A stretch of 64,000 bases of DNA, taken from NCBI GenBank assembly GCA_964016885.1, contig OZ024744.1, positions 135,780,001 through 135,844,000 of the forward strand, in the 5' to 3' direction. Within the stretch, counting starts at the first letter, position 1. Every line of letters begins with the position of its first letter. This document shows positions 1 through 13,280 of the stretch, piece by piece. The notes under the pieces were generated by a model. It ran no database searches. It was not told where the DNA came from and was given only the letters and a program-made list of their open reading frames with translations. A program made the translations under genes and the position numbers. The stretch comes from Eledone cirrhosa. Its lineage: Eukaryota.

Positions 1-3000
1 AGGGATCAGATGTAGGAGAGGTGATTGTTTGGGTATAGACATGGGATGTGTATAGATGAACTGAGAGAGAAACTAGGTTTAACAGGAATCAGAGGTAGTG
101 TGTAGGAGAGGAGACTGTGTTGGTATAGACATGTGATGTGTAATGATGAACTGAGAGAGAAACTAGGTATAAGAGGAATCAGATGTAGTGTGTAGGATAG
201 GAGACTGTGTTGGTATAGACATGTGATGTGTATGGATGAACTGAGAGAGAAACTAGGTATAAGAGGAATCAGATGTAGTGTGTAGGAGAGAAGACTGTGT
301 TTGTATAGACATGGGATGTGTATGGATGAAGTGAGAGGGAAACTAGGTATAAGAAGAATCAGATGTAGTGTGTAGGAGAGGAGACTGTTTGTATAGACAT
401 GTGATGTGTATGGATGAACTGAGAGAGAAACTAGGTATAAGAAGAATCAGATGTAGTGTGTAGGAGAGGAGACTGTTTGTATAGACATGTGATGTGTATG
501 GATGAACTGGGAGAGAAACTAGTTATAAGAGGAATCAGATGTAGGGGAGGTGATTGTGTTGGTATAGACATGGGATGTGTATAGATGAACTGAGAGAGAA
601 ACTAGGTTTAAGAGGAATCAGATGTAGGAGAGGAGACTGTGTTTGTATAGACATGTGATGTGTATGGATGAACTGAGAGAGAAACTAGGTTTAAGAGGAA
701 TCAGATGTAGGAGAGGAGACTGTGTTAGTAGAGACATGGAATGTGTATGGATGAACTGAGAAAGAAACTAGGTATAAGAGGAATCAGATGTAGGAGAGGT
801 GATTGTGTGCGTATAGACATGGGATGTGTATGGATGAACTGAGAGAGAAACTAGGTATAAGAGGAATCAGATGTAGGAGAGGAGACTGTTAGTATAGACA
901 TGGGATGTGTATGGATGAACTGAGGGAGAAACTAGGTATAAGAGGAATCAGATGTAGGAGAGGAGACTGTGTTGGTATAGACATGTGATGTGTATGGATG
1001 AACTGAGAGAGAAACTAGGTATAAGAGGAATCAGATGTAGTATGTAGGAGAGGAGACTGTGTTAGTATAGACATGTGATGAACTCAGAGAGAAACTAGGT
1101 TTAAGAGGAATCAGACGTAGGAGAGGAGACTGTGTTTGTATAGACATGTGATGTGTATGGATGAACTGAGAGAGAAACTAGGTTTAAGAGGAATCAGATG
1201 TAGGAGAGGAGACTGTGTTGGTAGAGACATGGAATGTGTATGGATGAACTGAGAAAGAAACTAGGTATAAGAGGAATCAGATGTAGGAGAGGAGACTGTT
1301 AGTATAGACATGGGATGTGTATGGATGAACTGAGAGAGAAAGTAGGTATAAGAGGAATCAGATGTAGTGTGTAGGAGAGGAGACTGTGTTGGTAGAGACA
1401 TGTGATGAACAGAGATGAACAAGGTATAAGAGGAATCAGATGTAGTGTGTAGGAGAGGAGACTGTGTTTGTATAGACATGGGATGTGTAATGATTTACTG
1501 AGAGAGAAACTAGGTATAAGAGGAATCAGATGTAGTGTGTAGGAGAGGAGACTGTGTTGGTATAGACATGTGATGTGTATGGATGAAGTGAGAGGGAAAC
1601 TAGGTATAAGAGGAATCAGATGTAGTGTGTAGGAGAGAAGACTGTGTTTGTATAGACATGGGATGTGTATGGATGAAGTGAGAGGGAAACTAGGTATAAG
1701 AAGAATCAGATGTAGTGTGTAGGAGAAGAGACTGTTTGTATAGACATGTGATGTGTATGGATGAACTGAGAGAGAAACTATGTATAAGAGGAATCAGATG
1801 TAGTGTGTAGGAGAGGAGACTGTGTTGGTATAGGCATGTGATGTGTATGGATAAACTGAGAGAGAAACTAGGTATAAGAGGAATCAGATGTAGTGTGTAG
1901 GAGAGGAGACTGTGTTGGTATAGACATGTGATGTGTATGGATGAAGTGAGAGGGAAACTAGGTATAAGAGGAATCAGATGTAGTGTGTAGGAGAGAAGAC
2001 TGTGTTTGTATAGACATGTGATGTGTATGGATGAACTGAGAGAGAAACTAGGTATAAGAAGAATCAGATGTAGTGTGTAGGAGAGGAGACTGTTTGTATA
2101 GACATGTGATGTGTATGGATGGACTGGGAGAGAAACTAGGTATAAGAGGAAACAGATGTAGGAGAGGTGATTGTGTTGGTATAGACATGGGATGTGTATA
2201 GATGAACTGAGAGAGAAACTAGGTTTAAGAGGAATCAGATGTAGGAGAAGAGACTGTGTTAGTATAGACATGGGATGTGTATGGATGAACTGAGAGAGAA
2301 ACTAGGTATAAGAGGAATCAGATGTAGGAGACGAGACTGTGTTGGTATAGACATGTGATGTGTATGGATGAACTGAGAGAGAAACTAGGTATAAGAGGAA
2401 TCAGGTGTAGGAGAGGAGACTGTGTTAGTATAGACATGGGATGTGTATGGATGAACTGAGAGAGAAACTAGGTATAAGAGGAATCAGATGTAGGAGAGAA
2501 GACTGTTAGTATAGACATGGGATGTGTATGGATGAACTGAGAGAGAAACTAGGTATAAGAGGAATCAGATGTAGGAGAGGAGACTGTGTTAGTATAGACA
2601 TGGGATGTGTATGGATGAACTGAGAGAGAAACTAGGTATAAGAGGAATCAGATGTAGGAGACGAGACTGTGTTGGTATAGACATGTGATGTGTATGGATG
2701 AACTGAGAGAGAAACTAGGTATAAGAGGAATCAGATGTAGTGTGTAGGAGAGGAGACTGTGTTGGTATAGACCTGTGATGTGTATGGATGAACTGAGAGA
2801 GAAACTAGGTATAAGAGGAATCAGATGTGGTGTGTAGGAGAGGAGACTGTGTTGGTATAGACATGTGATGTGTATGGATGAAGTGAGAGGGAAACTAGGT
2901 ATAAGAGGAATCAGATGTAGTGTGTAGGAGAGAAGACTGTGTTTGTATAGACATGGGATGTGTATGGATGAAGTGAGAGGGAAACTAGGTATAAGAAGAA

Positions 3001-6000
3001 TCAGATGTAGTGTGTAGGAGAGGTGACTGTGTTAGTATAGACATGTGATGAACTGAGAGAGAAACTAGGTATAAGAGGAATCAGATGTAGTGTGTAGGAG
3101 AGGAGACTGTGTTGGTATAGACATGTGATGAACAGAGATGAACAAGGTATAAGAGGAATCAGATGTAGTGTGTAGGAGAGGAGACTGTGTTGGTATAGAC
3201 ATGTGATGTGTAATGATGAACTGAGAGAGAAACTAGGTATAAGAGGAATCAGATGTAGTGTGTAGGAGAGGAGACTGTGTTGGTATAGACATGTGATGTG
3301 TATGGATGAACTGAGAGAGAAACTAGGTATAAGAGGAATCAGATGTGGTGTGTAGGAGAGGAGACTGTGTTGGTATAGACATGTGATGTGTATGGATGAA
3401 GTGAGAGGGAAACTAGGTATAAGAGGAATCAGATGTAGTGTGTAGGAGAGGTGACTGTGTTAGTATAGACATGTGATGAACTGAGAGAGAAACTAGGTTT
3501 AAGAGGAATCAGACGTAGGAGAGGAGACTGTGTTTGTATCGACATGTGATGTGTATGGATGAACTGAGAGGGAAACTAGGTTTAAGAGGAATCAGATGTA
3601 GGAGAGGAGACTGTGTTGGTAGAGACATGGAATGTGTATGGATGAACTGAGAAAGAAACTAGGTATAAGAGGAATCAGATGTAGGAGAGGAGACTGTTAG
3701 TATAGACATGGGATGTGTATGGATGAACTGAGAGAGAAAGTAGGTATAAGAGGAATCAGATGTAGGAGAGGAGACTGTGTTGGTATAGACATGTGATGTG
3801 TATGGATGAACTGGGAGAGAAACTAGGTATAAGAGGAATCAGATGTAGTGTGTAGGAGAGGAGACTGTGTTGGTATAGACATGTGATGAACAGAGATGAA
3901 CAAGGTATAAGAGGAATCAGATGTAGTGTGTAGGAGAGGAGACTGTGATGGTATAGACATGTGATGTGTAATGATGAACTGAGAGAGAAACTAGGTATAA
4001 GAGGAATCAGATGTAGTGTGTAGGAGAGGAGACTGTGATGGTATAGACATGTGATGTGTAATGATGAACTGAGAGAGAAACTAGGTATAAGAGGAATCAG
4101 ATGTAGGAGAGGAGACTGTGTTGGTATAGACATGTGATGTGTATGGATGAAGTGAGAGGGAAACTAGGTATAAGAGGAATCAGATGTAGTGTGTAGGAGA
4201 GAAGACTGTGTTTGTATAGACATGGGATGTGTATGGATGAAGTGAGAGGGAAACTAGGTATAAGAAGAATCAGATGTAGTGTGTAGGAGAAGAGACTGTT
4301 TGTATAGACATGTGATGTGTATGGATGAACTGAGAGAGAAACTATGTATAAGAGGAATCAGATGTAGTGTGTAGGACAGGAGACTGTGTTGGTATAGGCA
4401 TGTGATGTGTATGGATAAACTGAGAGAGAAACTAGGTATAAGAGGAATCAGATGTAGTGTGTAGGAGAGGAGACTGTGTTGGTATAGACATGTGATGTGT
4501 ATGGATGAAGTGAGAGGGAAACTAGGTATAAGAGGAATCAGATGTAGTGTGTAGGAGAGAAGACTGTGTTTGTATAGACATGTGATGTGTATGGATGAAC
4601 TGAGAGAGAAACTAGGTATAAGAAGAATCAGATGTAGTGTGTAGGAGAGGAGACTGTTTGTATAGACATGTGATGTGTATGGATGAACTGGGAGAGAAAC
4701 TAGGTATAAGAGGAAACAGATGTAGGAGAGGTGATTGTGTTGGTATAGACATGGGATGTGTATAGATGAACTGAGAGAGAAACTAGGTATAAGAGGAATC
4801 AGATGTAGGAGAGGAGACTGTTAGTATAGACATGGGATGTGTATGGATGAACTGAGAGAGAAACTAGGTATAAGTGGAATCAGATGTAGGAGAGGAGACT
4901 GTGTTGGTATAGACATGTGATGTGTATGGATGAACTGAGAGAGAAACTAGGTATAAGAGGAATCAGATGTAGTGTGTAGGAGAGGAGACTGTGTTGGTAT
5001 AGACATGCGATGTGTATGGATGAACTGAGAGAGAAACTAGTTATAAGAGGGATCAGATGTAGGAGAGGTGATTGTTTGGGTATAGACATGGGATGTGTAT
5101 AGATGAACTGAGAGAGAAACTAGGTTTAACAGGAATCAGAGGTAGTGTGTAGGAGAGGAGAGTGTTGGTATAGACATGTGATGTGTAATGATGAACTGAG
5201 AGAGAAACTAGGTATAAGAGGAATCAGATGTAGAGTGTAGGATAGGAGACTGTGGTGGTATAGACATGTGATGTGTATGGATGAACTGAGAGAGAAACTA
5301 GGTATAAGAGGAATCAGATGTAGTGTGTAGGAGAGAAGACTGTGTTTGTATAGACATGGGATGTGTATGGATGAAGTGAGAGGGAAACTAGGTATAAGAA
5401 TAATCAGATGTAGTGTGTAGGAGAGGAGACTGTTTGTATAGACATGTGATGTGTATGGATGAACTGAGAGAGAAACTAGGTATAAGAGGAATCAGATGTA
5501 GGAGAGGAGAATGTGTTAGTAGAGACATGGAATGTGTATGGATGAACTGAGAAAGAAACTAGGTATAAGAGGAATCAGATGTAGGAGGGGAGACTGTGTT
5601 AGTATAGACATGGTATGTGTATGGATGAACTGGGAGAGAAACTAGGTATAAGAGGAAACAGATGTAGGAGAGGTGATTGTGTTGGTATAGACATGGGATG
5701 TGTATTGATGAACTGAGAGAGAAACTAGGTTTAAGAGGAATCAGATGTAGGAGAGGAGACTGTGTTTGTATAGACATGTGATGTGTATGGATGAACTGAC
5801 AGAGAAACTAGGTTTAAGAGGAATCAGATGTAGGAGAGGAGAATGTGTTAGTAGAGACATGGAATGTGTATGGATGAACTGAGAAAGAAACTAGGTATAA
5901 GAGGAATCAGATGTAGGAGGGGAGACTGTGTTAGTATAGACATGGGATGTGTATGGATGAACTGAGAGAGAAACTAGGTATAAGAGGAATCAGATGTAGT

Positions 6001-8103
6001 GTGTAGGAGAGGAGACTGCTGGTATAGACATGGGATGTGTATGGATGAACTGAGAGAGAAACTAGGTATAAGAGGAATCGGATGTAGGAGAGGAGACTGT
6101 GTTGGTATAGACATGTGATGTGTATGGATGAACTGAGAGAGAAACTAGGTATAAGAGGAATCAGATGTAGTGTGTAGGAGAGGAGACTGTGTTGGTATAG
6201 ACATGTGATGTGTATGGATGAACTGAGAGAGAAACTAGTTATAAGAGGGATCAGATGTAGGAGAGGTGATTGTTTGGGTATAGACATGGGATGTGTATAG
6301 ATGAACTGAGAGAGAAACTAGGTTTAACAGGAATCAGAGGTAGTGTGTAGGAGAGGAGACTGTGTTGGTATAGACATGTGATGTGTAATGATGAACTGAG
6401 AGAGAAACTAGGTATAAGAGGAATCAGATGTAGTGTGTAGGATAGGAGACTGTGTTGGTATAGACATGTGATGTGTATGGATGAACTGAGAGAGAAACTA
6501 GGTATAAGAGGAATCAGATGTAGTGTGTAGGAGAGAAGACTGTGTTTGTATAGACATGGGATGTGTATGGATGAAGTGAGAGGGAAACTAGGTATAAGAA
6601 GAATCAGATGTAGTGTGTAGGAGAGGAGACTGTTTGTATAGACATGTGATGTGTATGGATGAACTGAGAGAGAAACTAGGTATAAGAAGAATCAGATGTA
6701 GTGTGTAGGAGAGGAGACTGTTTGTATAGACATGTGATGTGTATGGATGAACTGGGAGAGAAACTAGGTATAAGAGGAATCAGATGTAGGGGAGGTGATT
6801 GTGTTGGTATAGACATGGGATGTGTATAGATGAACTGAGAGAGAAACTAGGTTTAAGAGGAATCAGATGTAGGAGAGGAGACTGTGTTTGTATAGACATG
6901 TGATGTGTATGGATGAACTGAGAGAGAAACTAGGTTTAAGAGGAATCAGATGTAGGAGAGGAGACTGTGTTAGTAGAGACATGGAATGTGTATGGATGAA
7001 CTGAGAAAGAAACTAGGTATAAGAGGAATCAGATGTAGGAGAGGTGATTGTGAGCGTATAGACATGGGATGTGTATGGATGAACTGAGAGAGAAACTAGG
7101 TATAAGAGGAATCAGATGTAGGAGAGGAGACTGTTAGTATAGACACGGGATGTGTATGGATGAACTGAGGGAGAAACTAGGTATAAGAGGAATCAGATGT
7201 AGGAGAGGAGACTGTGTTGGTATAGACATGTGATGTGTATGGATGAACTGAGAGAGAAACTAGGTATAAGAGGAATCAGATGTAGTATGTAGGAGAGGAG
7301 ACTGTGTTGGTATAGACATTTGATGTGTAATGATGAACTGAGAGAGAAACTAGGTATAAGAGGAATCAGATGTAGTGTGTAGGAGAGGTGACTGTGTTAG
7401 TATAGACATGTGATGAACTCAGAGAGAAACTAGGTTTAAGAGGAATCAGACGTAGGAGAGGAGACTGTGTTTGTATAGACATGTGATGTGTATGGATGAA
7501 CTGAGAGAGAAACTAGGTTTAAGAGGAATCAGATGTAGGAGAGGAGACTGTGTTGGTAGAGACATGGAATGTGTATGGATGAACTGAGAAAGAAACTAGG
7601 TATAAGAGGAATCAGATGTAGGAGAGGAGACTGTTAGTATAGACATGGGATGTGTATGGATGAACTGAGAGAGAAAGTAGGTATAAGAGGAATCAGATGT
7701 AGTGTGTAGGAGAGGAGACTGTGTTGGTATAGACATGTGATGAACAGAGATGAACAAGGTATAAGAGGAATCAGATGTAGTGTGTAGGAGAGGAGACTGT
7801 GATGGTATAGACATGTGATGTGTAATGATTTACTAAGAGAGAAACTAGGTATAAGAGGAATCAGATGTAGTGTGTAGGAGAGGAGACTGTGTTGGTATAG
7901 ACATGTGATGTGTATGGATGAAGTGAGAGGGAAACTAGGTATAAGAGGAATCAGATGTAGTGTGTAGGAGAGAAGACTGTGTTTGTATAGACATGGGATG
8001 TGTATGGATGAAGTGAGAGGGAAACTAGGTATAAGAAGAATCAGATGTAGTGTGTAGGAGAAGAGACTGTTTGTATAGACATGTGATGTGTATGGATGAA
8101 CTG
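1..8103. repeat. Dispersed block duplication: 1-~1768 recurs at ~6246-8103 (offset 6245, then 6335 after one extra 90-mer)
   Basis: Same ordered rare variants in both blocks (agggatc, gtaggggaggtg, gcgtatagac, gtagtatgtagg, aactcagag, gacgtagg, gaaagtagg, aatgatttact). ORFs 1261..1479 and 7596..7814 are near-identical at offset 6335. Several substitutions separate the copies. Confidence 0.85.
3231..3320 (+). repeat. Representative 90-bp (long) consensus monomer
   Basis: Exact unit aactaggtat aagaggaatc agatgtagtg tgtaggagag gagactgtgt tggtatagac atgtgatgtg tatggatgaa ctgagagaga; the next unit starts at 3321. Confidence 0.97.
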
Positions 8104-8274
8104 GGAGAGAAACTAGGTATAAGAGGAATCAGATGTAGGAGAGGAGACTGTTAGTATAGACATGTGATGTGTATAGATGAACTGGGAGAGAAACTAGGTA
8201 TAAGAGGAATCAGATGTAGGAGAGGAGACTGTGTTGGTATAGACATGTGATGTGTATGGATGAACTGAGAGAGA

Positions 8275-8357
8275 AACTAGGTATAAGAGGAATCAGATGT
8301 AGGAGAGGAGACTGTGTTGGTATAGACATGTGATGTGTATGGATGAACTGAGAGAGA
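8275..8357 (+). repeat. Representative 83-bp (short) consensus monomer
   Basis: Same as the 90-mer but GATGTAGGAGAGG instead of GATGTAGTGTGTAGGAGAGG (7 bp shorter); the next AACTAGG starts at 8358. Confidence 0.97.
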
Positions 8358-9249
8358 AACTAGGTATAAGAGGAATCAGATGTAGGAGAGGAGACTGTGT
8401 TGGTAGAGACATGGGATGTGTATGGATGAACTGGGAGAGAAACTAGGTATAAGAGGAATCAGATGTAGTGTGTAGGAGAGGAGACTGTGTTGGTATAGAC
8501 ATGTGATGTGTATGGATGAACTGAGAGAGAAACTAGTTATAAGAGGGATCAGATGTAGTGTGTAGGAGAGGAGACTGTGTTGGTATAGACATGTGATGTG
8601 TATGGATGAACTGAGAGAGAAACTAGGTATAAGAGGAATCAGATGTAGTGTGTAGGAGAAGAGACTGTGTTGGTATAGACCTGTGATGTGTATGGATGAA
8701 CTGAGAGAGAAACTAGTTATAAGAGGAATCAGATGTAGTGTGTAGGAGAGGAGACTGTGTTGGTATAGACCTGTGATGTGTATGGATGAACTGAGAGAGA
8801 AACTAGGTATAAGAGGAATCAGATGTGGTGTGTAAGAGAGGAGACTGTGTTGGTATAGACATGTGATGTGTATGGATGAAGTGAGAGGGAAACTAGGTAT
8901 AAGAAGAATCAGATGTAGTGTGTAGGAGAAGAGACTGTTTGTATAGACATGTGATGTGTATGGATGAACTGAGAGAGAAACTAGGTATAAGAGGAAACAG
9001 ATGTAGGAGAGGTGATTGTGTTGGTATAGACATGTGATGTGTATGGATGAACTGACAGAGAAACTAGGTTTAAGAGGAATCAGATGTAGGAGAGGAGACT
9101 GTGTTTGTATAGACATGTGATGTGTATGGATGAACTGAGAGAGAAACTAGGTTTAAGAGGAATCAGATGTAGGAGAGGAGAATGTGTTAGCAGAGACATG
9201 GAATGTGTATGGATGAACTGAGAAAGAAACTAGGTATAAGAGGAATCAG

Positions 9250-12200
9250 ATGTAGGAGGGGAGACTGTGTTAGTATAGACATGGGATGTGTATGGATGAA
9301 CTGAGAGAGAAACTAGGTATAAGAGGAATCAGATGTAGGAGAGGAGACTGTTAGTATAGACATGGGATGTGTATGGATGAACTGAGAGAGAAACTAGGTA
9401 TAAGAGGAATCAGATGTAGGAGAGGAGACTGTGTTGGTATAGACATGTGATGTGTATGGATGAACTGAGAGAGAAACTAGGTATAAGAGGAATCAGATGT
9501 AGTGTGTAGGAGAGGAGACTGTGTTGGTATAGACATGTGATGTGTATGGATGAACTGAGAGAGAAACTAGTTATAAGAGGGATCAGATGTAGGAGAGGTG
9601 ATTGTTTGGGTATAGACATGGGATGTGTATAGATGAACTGAGAGAGAAACTAGGTTTAACAGGAATCAGAGGTAGTGTGTAGGAGAGGAGAGTGTTGGTA
9701 TAGACATGTGATGTGTAATGATGAACTGAGAGAGAAACTAGGTATAAGAGGAATCAGATGTAGTGTGTAGGATAGGAGACTGTGTTGGTATAGACATGTG
9801 ATGTGTATGGATGAACTGAGAGAGAAACTAGGTATAAGAGGAATCAGATGTAGTGTGTAGGAGAGAAGACTGTGTTTGTATAGACATGGGATGTGTATGG
9901 ATGAAGTGAGAGGGAAACTAGGTATAAGAAGAATCAGATGTAGTGTGTAGGAGAGGAGACTGTTTGTATAGACATGTGATGTGTATGGATGAACTGAGAG
10001 AGAAACTAGGTATACGAGGAATCAGATGTAGTGTGTAGGAGAGGTGACTGTGTTGGTATAGACATGTGATGTGTATGGTTGAACTGATAGAGAAACTAGG
10101 TATAAGAGGAATCAGGTGTAGTGTGTAGGAGACGAGACTGTGTTGGTATAGACATGTGATGTGTAATGATGAACTGAGAGAGAAACTAGGTATAAGAGGA
10201 ATCAGATGTAGTGTGTAGGTGAGAAGACTGTGTTTGTATAGACATGGGATGTGTATGGATGAAGTGAGAGGGAGACTAGGTATAAGAAGAATCAGATGTA
10301 GTGTGTAGGAGAGGAGACTGTTTGTATAGACATGTGATGTGTATGGATGAACTGACAGAGAAACTAGGTATAAGAGGAATCAGATGTAGGAGAGGTGATT
10401 GTGTTGGTATAGGCATGTGATGTGTATGGATAAACTGAGAGAGAAACTAGGTATAAGAGGAATCAGATGTAGTGTGTAGGAGAGGAGACTGTGTTGGTAT
10501 AGGCATGTGATGTGTATGGATAAACTGAGAGAGAAACTAGGTATAAGAGGAATCAGATGTAGTGTGTAGGAGAGGAGACTGTGTTGGTATAGGCATGTGA
10601 TGTGTATGGATAAACTGAGAGAGAAACTAGGTATGAGAGGAATCAGATGTAGTGTGTAGGAGAGGAGACTGTGTTGGTATAGACATGTGATGTGTATGGA
10701 TGAAGTGAGAGAGAAACTAGGTATGAGAAGAATCAGATGTAGTGTGTAGGAGAGGAGACTGTTTGTATAGACATGTGATGTGTATGGATGAACTGAGAGA
10801 GAAACTAGGTATAAGAGGAATCAGATGTAGTGTGTAGGAGAGGAGACTGTGTTGGTATAGACATGTGATGTGTATGGATGAACTGAGAGAGAAACTAGGT
10901 ATAAGAGGAATCAGATGTAGTGTGTAGGAGAGGTGACTGTGTCAGTATAGAAATGTGATGAACTGAGAGGGAAACTAGGTATAACAGGAATCAGATGTAG
11001 TGTGTAGGAGAGGTGACTGTCTTAGTATAGACAAGTGATGAACTGAGAGAGAATCTAGGTATAAGAGGAATCAGATGTAGGAGGGGAGACTGTGTTAGTA
11101 TAGACATGGTATGTGTATGGATGAACTGAGAGAGAAACTAGGTATAAGAGGAATCAGATGTAGGAGAGGAGACTGTTAGTATAGACATGGGATGTGTATG
11201 GATGAACTGAGAGAGAAACTAGGTATAAGAGGAATCAGATGTAGGAGAGGAGACTGTGTTGGTATAGACATGTGATGTGTATGGATGAACTGAGAGAGAA
11301 ACTAGGTATAAGAGGAATCAGATGTAGTGTGTAGGAGAGGAGACTGTGTTGGTATAGACATGTGATGTGTATGGATGAACTGAGAGAGAAACTAGTTATA
11401 AGAGGGATCAGATGTAGGAGAGGTGATTGTTTGGGTATAGACATGGGATGTGTATAGATGAACTGAGAGAGAAACTAGGTTTAACAGGAATCAGAGGTAG
11501 TGTGTAGGAGAGGAGACTGTGTTGGTATAGACATGTGATGTGTAATGATGAACTGAGAGAGAAACTAGGTATAAGAGGAATCAGATGTAGTGTGTAGGAT
11601 AAGAGACTGTGTTGGTATAGACATGTGATGTGTATGGATGAACTGAGAGAGAAACTAGGTATAAGAGGAATCAGATGTAGTGTGTAGGAGAGAAGACTGT
11701 GTTTGTATAGACATGGGATGTGTATGGATGAAGTGAGAGGGAAACTAGGTATAAGAAGAATCAGATGTAGTGTGTAGGAGAGGAGACTGTTTGTATAGAC
11801 ATGTGATGTGTATGGATGAACTGAGAGAGAAACTAGGTATAAGAGGAATCAGATGTAGTGTGTAGGAGAGGTGACTGTGTTGGTATAGACATGTGATGTG
11901 TATGGTTGAACTGATAGAGAAACTAGGTATAAGAGGAATCAGGTGTAGTGTGTAGGAGACGAGACTGTGTTGGTATAGACATGTGATGTGTAATGATGAA
12001 CTGAGAGAGAAACTAGGTATAAGAGGAATCAGATGTAGTGTGTAGGAGAGAAGACTGTGTTTGTATAGACATGGGATGTGTATGGATGAAGTGAGAGGGA
12101 GACTAGGTATAAGAAGAATCAGATGTAGTGTGTAGGAGAGGAGACTGTTTGTATAGACATGTGATGTGTATGGATGAGCTGACAGAGAAACTAGGTATAA

Positions 12201-12970
12201 GAGGAATCAGATGTAGTGTGTAGGAGAGGAGACTGTGTTGGTATAGGCATGTGATGTGTATGGTTAAACTGAGAGAGAAACTAGGTATAAGAGGAATCAG
12301 ATGTAGTGTGTAGGAGAGGAGACTGTGTTGGTATAGGCATGTGATGTGTATGGATAAACTGAGAGAGAAACTAGGTATAAGAGGAATCAGATGTAGTGTG
12401 TAGGAGAGGAGACTGTGTTGGTATAGACATGTGATGTGTATGGATGAAGTGAGAGAGAAACTAGGTATGAGAAGAATCAGATGTAGTGTGTAGGAGAGGA
12501 GACTGTTTGTATAGACATGTGATGTGTATGGATGAACTGAGAGAGAAACTAGGTATAAGAGGAATCAGATGTAGTGTGTAGGAGAGGAGACTGTGTTGGT
12601 ATAGACATGTGATGTGTATGGATGAAGTGAGAGAGAAACTAGGTATGAGAAGAATCAGATGTAGTGTGTAGGAGAGGAGACTGTTTGTATAGACATGTGA
12701 TGTGTATGGATGAACTGAGAGAGAAACTAGGTATAAGAGGAATCAGATGTAGTGTGTAGGAGAGGAGACTGTGTTGGTATAGACATGTGATGTGTATGGA
12801 TGAACTGAGAGAGAAACTAGGTATAAGAAGAATCAGATGTAGTGTGTAGGAGAGGTGACTGTGTCAGTATAGAAATGTGATGAACTGAGAGGGAAACTAG
12901 GTATAACAGGAATCAGATGTAGTGTGTAGGAGAGGTGACTGTCTTAGTATAGACAAGTGATGAATTGAGA
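9250..12970. repeat. Imperfect tandem duplication of ~1.8-1.9 kb (~9250-11070 vs ~11075-12970)
   Basis: Identical ORFs 9410..9619 and 11235..11444 (offset 1825). Marker ggttgaactgatagaga at ~10077 and ~11904; marker gtcagtatagaaatg at 10941 and 12863 (offset 1922, so internal monomer gain/loss). Confidence 0.8.
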
Positions 12971-13280
12971 GAGAAACTAGGTATAAGAGGAATCAGATGT
13001 AGAGTGTAGGAGAGGAGACTGTGTTGGTGTAGAAATGTGATGAACTGAGAGAAAAACTAGGTATAAGAGGTATCAGATGTAGTGTGTAGGAGAGGAGACT
13101 GTGTTGGTATAGACATGTGATGTGTATGGATGAACTGAGAGGATAGGAGACTGTGTTTGTATAGACATGGGATGTGTATGGATGAACTGAGAGAGAAACT
13201 AGGTATAAGAGGAATCAGATGTAGTGTGTAGGAGAGGAGACTGTGTTGGTATAGACATGTGATGTGTATGGATGAACTGA

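Noticed and set aside
3231-3260. TATAAG as a TATA box and AGGAG/GGAGG as Shine-Dalgarno sites
   Set aside because: These short motifs are expected in a purine-rich repeat, and no + strand ORF or gene lies downstream.
8376-9116. 246-aa minus-strand ORF, and all other listed ORFs (e.g. 1690..2271, 57549..58208), as repeat-protein genes
   Set aside because: The 90-mer is a multiple of 3 and one minus frame (HSLLSYTLHLIPLIPSFSLSSSIHITCLYQ) lacks stops, so ORF length only tracks runs of 90-mers. Frequent 83/81/88/80-bp units frameshift it. There is no unique N- or C-terminus, no recognisable domain and no sign of frame preservation.
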